64,000 nt of DNA from Calcarisporiella thermophila CBS 279.70. Its lineage: Eukaryota; Fungi; Calcarisporiellomycota. Where the stretch lies: contig NW_027192203.1 in assembly GCF_041956535.1 (NCBI RefSeq), forward strand, positions 555,406 through 619,405, read 5' to 3'. Made by a program: the position numbers and the translations under genes. The notes under the pieces are model-generated. The model was not told the DNA's origin and did no database searches. It was given only the letters and a program-made list of their open reading frames with translations. Of the stretch, positions 40,058 through 54,527 are shown piece by piece; within the stretch, counting starts at the first letter, position 1; each line of letters starts with the position of its first letter.

Positions 40058-40301
40058 ACTTCATAATTCCTACTGCCCTGTGTATTATATTTGTTTTATT
40101 CCATTTATGTCATCCAGTATATAATTTAAACCGGAAGTGCAGCAATAAAGACATGAGCATTAATTTATTTGGGATGGAACGTGGAAGAGAAAGGGCTTCT
40201 ATTTGGGCAAATAAGGGTGCTTCTGTACAGTAGTAAAAAAGTCTAGTAAATGTGAAAAAAAAAACTTGAATGATTTACACACAAGAGTGATGGTATGCTA
40301 T

Positions 40302-43282
40302 CTAAGATCCAACCACCTCCACCTCGACAAATCTCAGGTCCGCATCCACATTCATAATATGCACTGGCACCGTCTCGCCAACGGCCAATGGTCTGCCGCC
40401 CGTTCTCTCCCAGCTCACACGCGTATGCACAGTCAGCTCGTTCACGATTCCAAGGCATGCGCCTCCCAGATCCAGCTGAAGCACTGTCATCGAGAAGACT
40501 CGTTCTCTTAATTCCTCCTCCCGCAGAAGCTGCTGCACCAACAGCATAATCCAATGCCGATTGCTCAACGTCTGTAATCGGGCGATGCGGCGTTCTCTTT
40601 CACGCACGTGTGGGAGAATGGTGTTGATCTCCTCAAGGGAGAAGGCGGGCTTTTCGCCCAGGAGTGACGCCTTGATCTGCCAATGTGTGACCAGGTCGAG
40701 ATATCGTCGTAGCGGCGAGGTGGCCTTTGTGTACCCATCCTTGATGCCCATAATCCAGTGGGAGCCTGGGCCATTGCTTGTCAGGTCTGCGGCCGGAAAA
40801 GCACCCACAATATTCAGGACGCTCTCAGCCGGCAACATCCCAGACAATGGGTCGCGATGAACCAGCACCTTTTCGACGTCAGCCCGATGCTCGGCCAATG
40901 GGTCCGCCTGGGTACGGTAACCGATGTTGATGCCGTTACTGCCACAAAAGCGGGCGGCCACGCGTCCACCAATGATCATCATCTCGGCGACCATGAGGCG
41001 TGAGGGGGAGCAAAAGGAGCGGTCAAGCGCAAGGTGGATGGAAGGAGGCGGAACTCCGAGGAGAGGGGATCGAGGCGAAGGTGGCGTGGGTGGAAGAGGC
41101 GATGGGTCAAGATGTAAGATCGGCGCTGGGAGAGAGAAATTGAACGCGCCGCACCGGTAGCGATAGGCGGCATGCTGCAATGAAAAGCTTTGGATTTGTA
41201 AGAGGTCCTTCTTCATTTCTTCATCGATAGGAGATAAAATCTTGGAGCCAGGAGGAGGGGCAAAGGTCGTTGGATACGAAAATCGCGTCTGCTCCATTCG
41301 GCGTGACCTCTCTCTTCCCCCGTACACCGCGGACCAACCCAGGAATTCGTCCACATCATCATAGTTGAGCGTAAGCACACGCCGCACCACTCCGGGGCGA
41401 ATGGTTATATCGGCCAAGTTTCCATCCCGGCCCATTTTCGCGCTAAATGTTAGCACAGGTAGGCCTTCAGGCACCCCCGACCGCAAACTAAAGCGTTGTT
41501 TACTCAATTCAGGAGGTAACATGCTATAGCTGCGCTCGGGCAAGTAGATGGTTTGGCCCTGACGTCTGGCTATGTTGGAGAGGGGATGGGTGGGGGGGAT
41601 GTAGGCGGTTGGGTCGGCAACGTGCACGTGCAGCCAGACATCGTCGCCTATGCGCTCAATCGATAGGCCGTCGTCCAGCTCCTGGGCGGTTGGGTCGTCG
41701 ATCGTATAAACCGGCATATCACCAAAGTCATACCGGATATCTTCGCACGGATCACGCGAGTAAAATTCCGACGGGCTGCCAGACTGTTTAATTAACGGGG
41801 TGGCTCTCGGACAATTCCCCTTAGGGTGGAAAGTGAAGCTAGAGTGGTTGAGTAGCTCCCTTGACCATTTCCCACCGTCCTCGGCGTCGCGATCGGCCTG
41901 CTTTGAGAGGCCGGTGCCACTGAGCGGCATCGTACGGCTGTAGACGTGGGGGTTCTCCCACTCGGGGAAAACGCCAATGTCCCGAAGAAACCTCGTTACC
42001 GTGTTGCGGTCTATCCTCTCGTAATCTGCAGCTTTGACGGGTTTGATCAGTTGCGGAACATACACGGTATAGGGACTCCATAGATCATCTGCGCTGTCGT
42101 TAATGAAGTTTTTTAGGAACTGAATGTAGAGCCTGTCGTGGTCATCAAACTCAATCCCCTGCTCTAGCGCACCGCCATCTTTGCGATTCGAGATTAAGAG
42201 CTGAGCCTTGTCGCGAAAATGGTGAAGGGTGGGCGAGTTTTCACGCAGGAGTTTCACCACCCTTTCCAGAGTCCCTAGCTCCTCCCTGTTTCGCATCTCG
42301 TACTCCCGCGACTTCCAAATCACTCGTCCTGGGGCAAACCGCATATTATCTCGGGTCATCAGCTTATAGGCGGCATATAGCTGCATCGATGTTGGGTTGG
42401 GTGTATCATATAGCCTCTGTGCAACTTCATCGACGGTCACCGTCTTGACTCCACCGTCCTCAGGGTATTCCTCCTCCAACTTCTCCACTAGCTTCTGAAA
42501 TGCAACATATTTCGACGCCATGATTCCCCGGCTATCTCGTTGAAAACGTGCCAGAGCCGTGAACACTCCTTCATCGAGTGGCTCTTGGGTTAGATCCGCA
42601 AGGGTGAGTGGTTTCGATGTGTAACGCGCAATTTCGTTAGAAAATGCATATCCAGGAATTCGGAATTGAATATCACCCGTCAAGTGTGTAAATTTATACC
42701 GGTTCGTGAGCAAAGTCGTATTCTTGGTCCCTTTTTGACGGTCGGCCTTCTCTAATAAAATGCCTATGTGGTGGTAGGAGCCTCTGTTTCCCCAAATAAA
42801 AGTAACGTGCCCATTAGTAAAGGAGCCCTCAATACGCTAATAGATTACTCTGCTTACTTTGTGATCTCGATCAAGTCTCCGGGCTCGAGATCTGGTGCCT
42901 GTATTTTTTCTGACACTCTTCCAATTGCATCATTGTCGCCACTCTCCACTTGCTCTAATTTCTCAATAGTGTCAGAGATATCGTTTTCGTTTACATTTAT
43001 GCCCGATTCTTGTGAAGTTTTCGACGTGGACTCCGCAGAATGCCCAGCCGCATACTGCTGTTTTAGCTGTGGATGCTTTGTGGATGCGGCCAGCTCCGAA
43101 TGCTTGCGTGCGATCTTAGGGGTGTGCCGCGTGGTCGCTTTATTCCTCCATGTTTGACCAACAAATACCCTTGAAAAAAGAGGCGAATGGGCCTTATCGG
43201 GAGTCAACTGCGGACAAAAAATGCAGCGGCTTCGACGCTGTTGAGTGAGGCGCGCCGAAGCAGTGCGGAATGTGCGTAACAT
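40302..43282 (-). CDS. DSS1: Mitochondrial RNB-family exoribonuclease (degradosome subunit), 2 exons
   Basis: Arg-rich presequence; YTIDDPTAQELDDGLS, HVHVADP, TIYLPE, LMVAEMM, TSPLRRYLDLVTHWQIK. Confidence 0.9.
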
Positions 43283-43519
43283 TAACAGTACGAGTCTGTG
43301 CGGAAGGGTGAGGGAGATATTCTGGTTTCAAACCGAGAAAGGTTGCAAGCCAAATTGTGACTGCATAAACAAGGTGGCTTATTCCGCCCTTTATTAACGG
43401 TTCCGGTTTTCATGTGAAGTGAAATTGGTTAATTGCTCCACCTAGATTCCCCCCGCATTTCACACCCTATTTCCTTTATTATTTCAGCCTAAAAGCCCGC
43501 AAACGCACGCAAGTATTCG

Positions 43520-45850
43520 ATGTCGATCTTAAATGAAAATCAGCTAGAGGTGCTTCGAGCAGTGGTGGAGACGATCGTGGCTCCATTAGATGAGGCTGAA
43601 ACAGAGGAGCTGCTTGAACAAGCACGCAGTCTCTCATCCCCCTTTCAGGAGGATGCCTTGAGACAGTTTGCTCAGCTTTCGCCAAAAGACATCGACGGCA
43701 TTGTCGACGGTTGGGTCAAATACCTCACAGATGCTGTGCCGGCGGATCGCGTGAGGGCCCTTGCGTTTGGATTGTCGCTTCTTGGCACGCGCCCAGGTTC
43801 TATCGCATTGACGGGATACTTTACAGAATTCCCAAAGTTAAGTCGGAAACAACGCGAAGAAGTGCTGTACAAAATGTCACTCAGTTCCATCCCACTGATA
43901 AGAGGTCTGGGAATAGCACTTGCTTCCCTGACCATGGCGGCCTTCTATAAACGTCAGGATCCTCGGATTTTGAGGGCCGTAGGGTATCCCGGGCCGGACA
44001 CAGAAATGCACGGGGAGAAATTCAAGTCCAGAGAGCATATGTTCCCACACTACGAGTTCATCGATATACCCCAAGGAAAGACGACCAAACTTGAATGTGA
44101 CGTCGTGGTGGTGGGGTCAGGAGCTGGAGGTGGTGTGGTGGCGGCCGAGCTTGCCAAGGCGGGCAAAAGCGTGATTGTGATAGAAAAGGGCGAATACGTT
44201 CACCAGAGCGAGTTGAGCCTTGTTGAAAGTGATGCGTTCGAGCGGATGTATGAAGGCGGAGGGCCGTTGTCAACCATTGACGGGAGCCTGTTCCAGCTTC
44301 AAGGGTCAACGTGGGGCGGCGGAACAACGGTGAATTGGTGCGCTTCTCTTCGCGTAAGTAGTGGTATTGAATTCCCATTCTCTATTGAACCCGGCTGAAT
44401 AAGCAATTTTTTGGTTGTTTATATTACCATACCAGCCACCGAGTCATCTGCGCGAAGAATGGGCCAAGCAGAACCTTCCCTATTTCAAATCCAAGGGGTT
44501 CCAGGAGGCAATCGAGACCGTGGTCAAGCGGATCGGCGCCACCACCGAAAACATCAAGCATAATGTAGCCAACAGTGTGTTCATCGAGGGTTGCCGCACA
44601 ATGGGCTACCACTTTGACAATATTCCGCAGAACACTGGCGGCCAACCCCACGAGTGTGGGTGGTGTGGATACGGGTGCCGTTACGGTGTGAAGCAGGGCA
44701 CACTAATGACTTGGCTGGTGGATGCGCGCGATCACGGAGCAAGGTTCGTGAAGGACTGTTTCGTGGACCGGGTGATTATTCGGCAGGGAGTAGCGGTAGG
44801 CATCACCGGCAAGGCGAAGAGCGGGGGCGATTTGATTGTGAGGGCCAAGAAGGTGGTGGTCAGCGCCGGCTCGTTTGGATCCCCCTGCCTGCTGAAGCGA
44901 AGTGGCCTGCGTAACCGCAACATTGGGAAAAATCTGCGCCTGCACCCGGTCGCCATCATGCTGGGCACATTTAAGGATCGAAGCATCCGATGCTACGAGG
45001 GCTCCATCATGACCGCCGTAAGTTGCCATTGCGGCTGAATTACACACTTTTATCCCTCCACATACGCGCTCTTTTTTTTTTCATGCCTCTAATCGCTCCC
45101 TGCCTTACCTCTCCCCATCCAGATAAGCACCACCTTTGAGAACCTTGATGGGGCACACTACGGAGCCAAGCTTGAGGTGCCGCTAATGCATCTTAGCACC
45201 TACTCGGCGGGCTTCCCGTGGCGCGGCTCGCTTGATCACAAGAAACACATGCTTCGTTTGAATCATACGGTGCCCATCCTCGTCCTCTCTCGCGACAAGG
45301 ACAGCGTAGGCAGTGTCGAGTGGGACGAGAGCGGCCGATATCGTGTCAACTACAGGGTTTCCACGCACGATAAGCGCTCAATCCTGGAGGGAATGATTGG
45401 AGCCGCCAAATTGCTTGTAGCTGCAGGGGCGGACGAAATCAGAAGCCCACAAAGGGCGCTGCAAAGTTTCCAAGTAGACAAAGAGCTGGGGGTGAGCGAC
45501 CCGAGGTTCGAGGAGTGGCTTGCGCAAGTAAGGAAGCACGGGGTTGAACCGGGCTACTGCGCCATGGGCTCGGCGCATCAGATGGGAACTTGGTGAGGGT
45601 TTCTCTTTATTGGAGCTATGGCCATGCTTCTAACAAAGTCTCTCCTATCCCCTTTAGCCGGATGGCGGCAACACCTGCTAAGGGTGTCGTGGATCCTCGC
45701 GGACAGACGTGGGAGGTCAAGGGGCTCTATGTTGCGGATGCCAGCGTGTTTCCCACCGCTTCGGGCGTGAACCCTATGGTCACCACCGAGGCTGTGGCGC
45801 TCTCCATTGCCAATTTCATCAAGAACGAAGATGTCACCGCCAGACTCTAG
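43520..45850 (+). CDS. FAO1: Long-chain fatty alcohol oxidase (GMC oxidoreductase), peroxisomal PTS1 -ARL, 4 exons
   Basis: DVVVVGSGAGGG, GSTWGGGTTVNW, CGWCGYGC, IGKNLRLHP, SAHQMGT, DASVFPTASGVNPM, C-terminal ARL. Confidence 0.92.
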
Positions 45851-46412
45851 GACTCCACTCGCTATTCAGTGCCAGATCAATTCACCAATTTCTATTTAAC
45901 TTTGATGGTAAGACTACTCTTTTTATGTAACCTTCTGATCTTGAGACATATCTAAAGCTTCCTATTCCTAAATTCATGAAATCCGAATTTTTCACCCATA
46001 ATATGATTGTTCTTTTTTTTTTTTGCTTTGGTATTTATTCCTATCCAAGAGTGTATTACCATTGAGAGAGTAGAAAAATAACAGAGGTTTTAAGAAATCC
46101 ACATGCATGTCTGCTTGCTTGATTAAACTTTACTAATTAAAATAGAGAAATCCCTCGTCTATATATATATGTATAAAAGGTAAAGAGAAAGAAATGGGCA
46201 AAGGGAAAAGGAAAAAAAAAAAAGAGATCAAACAGAATGTCACTGTAGTTGCACATACAAAAGGCGGAGAGAGGTGGCGAGTGGGTGATGGTCAGAAAGG
46301 AAATCAAGGAAGAATAAAAGTGTCCGATGGTGATGAGTGAAGTAGATAAAGCAGAAACATGCCAAGTAACAAAACAAACAGGAAGTGTCGTCGTCCCCCC
46401 GGCCTTTGAAGC

Positions 46413-47763
<1,351 letters not shown>

Positions 47764-49052
47764 TTAGCGGTTGAACGAAAACAACCTCCTCGGTCGCACC
47801 AGGCCTTTAGGCTCGCTTCTATTTTTTATTTCTTCGAAGCCCATGTGTCGTCGGCACTAATATGGAAGCTGCATTAAGTACTCGCCCGGCGATTGGCCAC
47901 GATCAGCACACGATAGGAAACACTAGCCGGCTCTGATTTGTTCACTCGGGACACAGGGCTGGCTTGAGATGCCAGCCATAGGCAGCGGCCACCGCGGGAG
48001 CAAAAGGCAAGCGTAGTTTGCACCAAAGATAACTCCAAACTCCTCCTAAAACCGCTCGCGCAAGCTTGCTTCCATATTTCCACTTCCAGCCTCGCTCCAT
48101 CCAGGCTTTCTTTTCCTCTTTCCCCTCCGCCTGCTGCCAAAAATAAATGCTCTCTTTCCAACCGCGGCGTGGCGCAATGGAGCTGGAAGCACCCAAGCCA
48201 CCCTCCCGCCCACTCTCCCTTTGTAGGGTTGTAAAAACACAGGATAAAACAGTATTTTTTGTATTTTATGCGTGTGGGATATTTTGTATGAGAAAACACA
48301 TATCCGACAAAAAGCACGGTTTTAGAGTCTCAGTAATATGATTGGATTGTCATCACGTGGTTTAAGCCACAGTATAAATATATTCGTCCAAAATGTTATC
48401 CCACAGTTATTACAACGGACAAGTGAATATTATTGTTTCTGTTTGTATTGACGTATTCCCAGAGAGTGCTTTTTTTACGACCCAGTTTCAACTAAATCCA
48501 ACAAAGTAAACAACATGAAGTGAAATGATTGTTCTCATGTGAAAAGGAAAGGTTTTTTAAAAAAAATGAGGAGACGCACTCCTTTTTCACGTAAAGAGGT
48601 GAAACTAAAGATTATTTTGGAAAAAATAAAACACATAAAACACGAAATTTCAAAAATATCCGACATATCCGACAGCTTTGTCGGAAAAATAAAACAAATT
48701 CACCACTATCCCTTTGGTCCCAACAGGGGAACTAAAAATCAGAGGCACTTTATCTTACCCTAATATTTGAAATCAGTAAGAGAATACAAATAAGATAGAA
48801 GCGGGGACAATACACATCCAAAAGAGTGATATATATAACTAGACTATTTTAAATAATAATTATAAATAAGATGGCCTTGGCTTTCGTTTTTTTTTTTTGC
48901 GAGTTTTCAAGAGCAGAAAAAATAGAGATTCATGCAATATAGTAACAAAAAGGGTTTTTTCAACTAATATATAAAAAAGAGATGCTTTCCAATGATAGGA
49001 TGCTGGTTAAAAGAACAAAAGAAAGAAAAAAGGTAAAAAAAAAGCACATGCC

Positions 49053-50633
49053 TCACAACTGCGGATGGAATAACAAACTATCCTCCTGCCCTTTGTCGGT
49101 CAGGAACGAAATCCCATTCATCATTCCGGGGCCTTTACCATTCTGCAGAAGGAACCCCTGGGTGTGGATGGGGGTGGTCGAGGACCGAACCGGAAGGGGG
49201 CGCTCGTACGGGAAGCCGTTGGAGATGGGCAAAGGGGGGGTTGGGGAGGGGGTGGGCTGCGCGCTGGAAGCAACGCTGGAGAGGGTGGTGGAGGTGAATG
49301 AGGTGCTGGTGGGGGTGGGGGGGGTTGGGTTGGGGCGCACGCCAAGGGGGTTCTTGGAGAAACTGAGCCGGATGCCGCCCTTGACCGAGCTGGGCAGCAG
49401 GGAGCCCTGCAATTCGGCGAGGGCGAGGGTGGCGTGCTCGATCGTCTCAAACTCCACGAAACACATGGGCCCGTTGACCTTGGTACGGAAGCACAGGCGC
49501 TTGTAGCCGGCGCACCGGCCGAACAGCTGCCGCAGCTCGTCCTCGGTGGCGGCATGCGGCAGGTTCCCGACGTAGAGCGTGTTGCACGGGGGATTCTGGT
49601 CGGCGGGGTTGGAGGGCAGGGGAAGGCGGTTCGGCGAGGGCAGCGAGGGCGAGGAGAGGGCGTTGGACGAGAGGCGCACCTCGTCGAGCCACAGGGCCCC
49701 GAAGCCGCCCTTGCCGGACCCGGCCCGATCCGTCAATGCAGGGGTGGACTTGGAGAGGTAATCGGTCGCGTCATCCGCATCCAGTTTGCTCTCGCCGGCT
49801 TTCAACCCGGGCGGCCGGTTGAACCCGACCGCGCGCGACAGGTCCGACTTGAACCACCCGTTCTCGCCATGCGACTCGCTCTTGGCGCTGAAGGGGCCGG
49901 GCGTCAAGGGCGAGGGCGGGGAGAAGACGTCCGAGAAGATGCTGGCGTAGTCCGAGGGGGAGAGCAGGTCGCTCGGCAGAGGGGATGCAAGCGGCATGGA
50001 GTGGAAAGGATCGTAGGAGGAGGCGGTGGAGAGAGCGCCCGCGGAAGCCGGGGTCGAGAGCGTCAGGCTGCTGGGGCTGGTGTAGCGCCGGGCGGTGAGG
50101 CCAGAGCCGATGGGGGCGGTCGGAGCAGTTGGAGTGGGAGGGAGGGTATGATATTGGCGTGGATGCAAATTTTGGATGTTGTCAATGGAGAGGCCACGTT
50201 TCGTATGCAAGTTCTTCTTGGCCATTTCTGCCTTGAGCATGCAACCCTTTTCCGCGTCGACCTTGCGTCCACTCAGCAGTTCTTTTGCGCGAAGGGCATC
50301 ATCTCGCGTACGAAATTTTGCAAAACCAATCTGAACAATAAAAACAAGAACAGTCAGTATTTTCTCTTTTAAGCAATCTTAAGAAATACACCCGACGAGA
50401 GCCGAAAATAAAAAATCAATCATGATGGCGAAGAGCAAACAATGGGGCCAACTTACGATTTGTTTACGGACACCGTTCTCGTCTTCCATGCTCTGTGGTA
50501 TCTTCAGAGTCGCGGCTTCGAACCCGGTAGAGAAGGTGAACATGTTCTGGAACTCTCTCTCCTGCATGTTGTCGGGAAAGCCAACGACAAATATGGTGGA
50601 TATTTCTTCGTTCTGATATGATGGCAGTGACAT
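49053..50633 (-). CDS. Two-RRM RNA-binding protein, Whi3/Scw1 family, 2 coding exons
   Basis: [35 protein letters not shown]; [41 protein letters not shown]. Confidence 0.9.
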
Positions 50634-52251
50634 TTCGAGATATAGAAAGAAACAAACAAGAGGAAAATGCGAAGGAAAATAGAACAGTTTAGAACATACA
50701 AAAACAGAGATATGAAGAGGTATTTCTTTTTGGACAAGTGTTTGTATATATATATTTATATATTAGGGGGGGAGGCGTGAGGGAGATATGCGAAGTGTGT
50801 GATAAATATGAAGGGGGGGGGGGAAGATAAATAATGAACAGGGCGCTAAAGCGACATTAATCAGGTCGGGTGCTGGATGATTGATTAGTTTGCACGGGCG
50901 GGCGCACAAAGGGGCATCATAATCTCTAAGGCAGGCTAATCTGGTCTAGGGATGTAGGGTGGATGGGATTCGCAGGGAGATGGGGAGGCCGCGCGCGCGA
51001 GAGAGGGAGGGTGGGGCTGGGGATAGGATGGGCGAGAGGGAGAGAGAGAGAGAGAGTTGGGAAGGCCAAAGCACTGACCTACTCTTAATTCCAGGATTTT
51101 TTTGTGCGCGGAGGCCCACCTGACACGGCAAATCCGAGAGGACCGTTGAGTCAAGTCTGAATTTGTTGTTATGTAAGGTTTTTTCTGTTTGTTATCTCCT
51201 CTCCATCTCAGCACACTCGTCCAACCCAAATCCCGGCCCTCCATGCCCAACCTTGCCATGCTTAGGAGAAATGATGCGTGAGAACGTGGTGCAGCGCATG
51301 GTTTTGGCCCGCAAGCTTTATATTGTGTTGTCAGAAGACTAGGTTCTCCTCCCTGCTCGCCCCCGCCGGATCTTCACCAAGAGCTCGCCCTCCCTACGGC
51401 CACCGAAGCTTAAAAGCCCAGGCAAGCTTCCCCGAGTGCTCTGGCTCCCCCCATCGCCCTTCTCCCGGCTCCCTCGCCTCTCTCGCTCTGCCCGTGTCGC
51501 GGAGGCTGCACCTGTCGCGTCTCGGCGGCGGACGCTTCCAGAATGCTCGATTGCGAGGGCAGCAGACTGCGAGCTGCCGGAACATCTGCAGTTGTGGCGA
51601 TGGGACAGGTTGTGCTCCATGTGAAGATTTGCGGCAATTAGGGTATTGCACGCACACAATCTGTGTCACCCGCATCGACACACCCAAGATCTCTCTCCCC
51701 ATGAGGCGCTGGGCCGGTCAGGCACCCTTGCGGAGTTCCCTGGCGCAGGCCGCTGAATATAAACAAGCCGCAGGAGTCCCTGGCGCCGCAGCGCGGCTTC
51801 CTGTCCGGTCCGCGTGAGTGATTCGAAATGGCCCGGTGAATCGATCGTGCACCAGGGCCTTGCCTAATAAGCCCATATACAATGCACTGCCGCTGCAGCA
51901 TTATTGTTCCTTCATTCACGGCGCCGCTCCCCCCTTGGATGCTCCTAAAGATGAAGCCGGAGAGATTCAAGGGGAAGAGACTAGATTGGTCGCTTAGAGA
52001 GCCGGTGTTTACCTGGGAGAAAGCTGCCGCAGCTCCAAAGCCTTCTCTCGCGGCCCATTAACCAGAATCGGAAATGACGAGCATGTCTTCAAGCTTGCTT
52101 GAGGCAAGATCTTGTTCTAGCCCGCAGCAAGCACGTGCCTGAGAATAGAGGAAACGGCCTATTTTCGATTCCTTGTTCGGTGCTAACCGCAAGAAATTAT
52201 AAAGGAATTTGCCATCGTCGCTTCAGCCTAGAGTCGGAAAGATATGTCGCC

Positions 52252-53998
52252 ATGTTAACCGATAATATGGCATTGACATTTAATTTACGAACCTCGAGAG
52301 TGGCGGTGCTGATCGTAGTCTCTTTGGCATTGTTTATGTGAGCCACTATTCCTTCTGAGAGTATCTCATTGGTTGCCATTTCATTCCGCTGACTGTTCTC
52401 GACCCCCTTCTTTTAGTGACATGGTCGTATATGGTGTGATCGTGCCGGTAGGTGTCTCGGGATATGATTCCGTCCCTTTCTGTGGCTAATTTTCGGCAAC
52501 ACACAGATTTTACCCGATGTCGTAAAGAATCAGATGGGTGGGGATTCCAAAGCGGTCGGTTTTCTCTTTGCTTGCTATGGTATGTCGCTGCTCCAGCATT
52601 TCAGTTTCCACTGGGACAATAGCGGTTTTAACAAGTTTGTTTTGTTATGTTTGCATCTCGAACCATGAAGCCATCGGGCTAATGATGTCCACTCCGATTT
52701 TCGCGGTGTATAGTGACAAATATAAAAACAGACGGGTAATATATCCGCTTGTTTGTCCATCGCATTTTTTTTGGCGGTACTAAAAGGGTCATTCTGCATT
52801 GCTTTAATAGTATCCGATGCTCACCGGGATGCTGGGCCTTTGCATCTCCACCTATTGCTTTGGCATCAGCCAGTCATATTCCCAACTTGTCTTTGCCAGA
52901 ATAATGCAGGGAGTGTCCGGTGGCGCAACATGGACCATCGGCTTCAGCATGCTTGCCGACGTCTTCCCCTCCGAGCGCCTTGGGGTCGCCATGGGAACCG
53001 CGCTCACGGCCACCACTATGGGCTCCGCCATAGGTCCTGCTCTGGGGGGATTTTTATACGTGCACTATGGCTACCGGGCTCCCTTCATTTTTTGCACTGC
53101 CCTTGCCGCCATCGACTTTTTTGCTGTGCTATGGGTGGCCGAGCCCTCGAGCCTCGAGCATTTCCCGTCCCCAACCCCTACGGCCAATCCCGAAACCGCG
53201 CCCCTCCTCAACGACCAGGCCGATTCAGCCAAGCCAAATCCCGAGATCACCCTGCTATCGCTTCTTCGCGATCCCATCGTACTCTGTGTCCTGGTGGCGA
53301 CGGCTCTCGATAGCTCTGTCTTCTCGGGCTTCGAGCCTACGCTCCCCCTATACCTCTCCTCCACGTTCAATGCGAACCCCACCACCATTGGCCTCCTCTT
53401 TGTTGCCATGGTGGCTCCTTTCTTTCTGTCGCCCTTGGTGGGGTACCTGTCTGATCAGTGGGGCAAGGCGCTCATGAGCGGAATAGGGGCCGTTGGCATG
53501 GGATGCTCGGTGCTTCTGGTCGCGGTGCCCAACGAGGCCAAGCTCATGACGCTGCCTTTGTTTGCGGTGGGAACCACGTGCTGCATAGTAAGTGAACAAG
53601 GGACTTTTAGCCTGCGGCTTGGATGGAGCCATTCACATGACTCTACTTTGCTTTGTACTGCTTCCCTATAGATGTCGACGCCTTTACTCCCAGAGCTAGG
53701 CGAGCGAGTGCGACAGCTTGGAGGCGGTGCGTATGGCCGCGTGTACGGTTTATATAATGTAAGAAGAAGAATAAACCATTGGCTTGAGCCCCCCCCCCCC
53801 CCTTAAGTGTGGATGATGCTGAGCTTATTTTATTTCTGCTTGTATTCGGCGCAGATGTCTTATTCAATGGGCATGGCGGTTGGCCCCATTCTGGCGGGAT
53901 TTCTCTACGACAAGGTTGGGTTCTCCTGGGAGTGTGTGGTGATGGGAAGTCTTCTACTGTGCATCTCTCCGTTATTATTCTGGAAAATGAGGGTGTAA
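52252..53998 (+). CDS. MFS transporter (SLC18/vesicular amine transporter-like), about 7 exons
   Basis: DMVVYGVIVP|ILP, YSDKYKNRR, ARIMQGVSG, GPALGGFLY, EPTLP, GYLSD, YGLYN|MSYSMGMAVGP; about 12 hydrophobic segments. Confidence 0.9.
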
Positions 53999-54527
53999 AT
54001 AATGAGTTAGACTTTCTTTTCATTGTATTTTCTTTGACTGTTGTTAACCCTTTTCCCTAATCATTTGTCACGAGTCAAAATTTTTTATTCATATTTCATA
54101 CATTTGCTCCCTTTCCATCCCCCGTTGATAGTAAAGTACGGCCTCTGGTCCCATCCACTTAAGCTCTAAAACAAGCCGGTCTGTATCTATGTGAAATATA
54201 AGAGAGGTGAGAGAGCCTCCATCATAAGAGACTTGGAATCCCCTCTGAAAACTAGAGAAAGATTTCAACTGTGACTGTGGCGGATATTTAGGGGGGCTAG
54301 AGTCTGAAATCAAACTTCGGATTGAATATCTGAAGAGGATAAGTGGCTGTCCCACTCTTGGACTATCTCTAGGTAATAACACAGGGTTAAGGTACAAAAA
54401 GAAATGGTGTTGGTTTCAGCTGGCGATGGGAACAGCTCAACTCTATCATCACACCCTAACCATACTAGGGCTGCCGTGTCTCTATTGTACTCGATAGGGC
54501 GATCCATTCTATTCCCTGCAACACATT

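Noticed and set aside
49434-50372. 312-aa plus-strand ORF
   Set aside because: Antisense to the GC-rich Whi3-like exon; G/R/A-rich shadow translation
51278-51817. 179-aa ORF in GC-rich intergenic DNA
   Set aside because: GTG start, no recognisable domain, composition expected from GC-rich non-coding DNA
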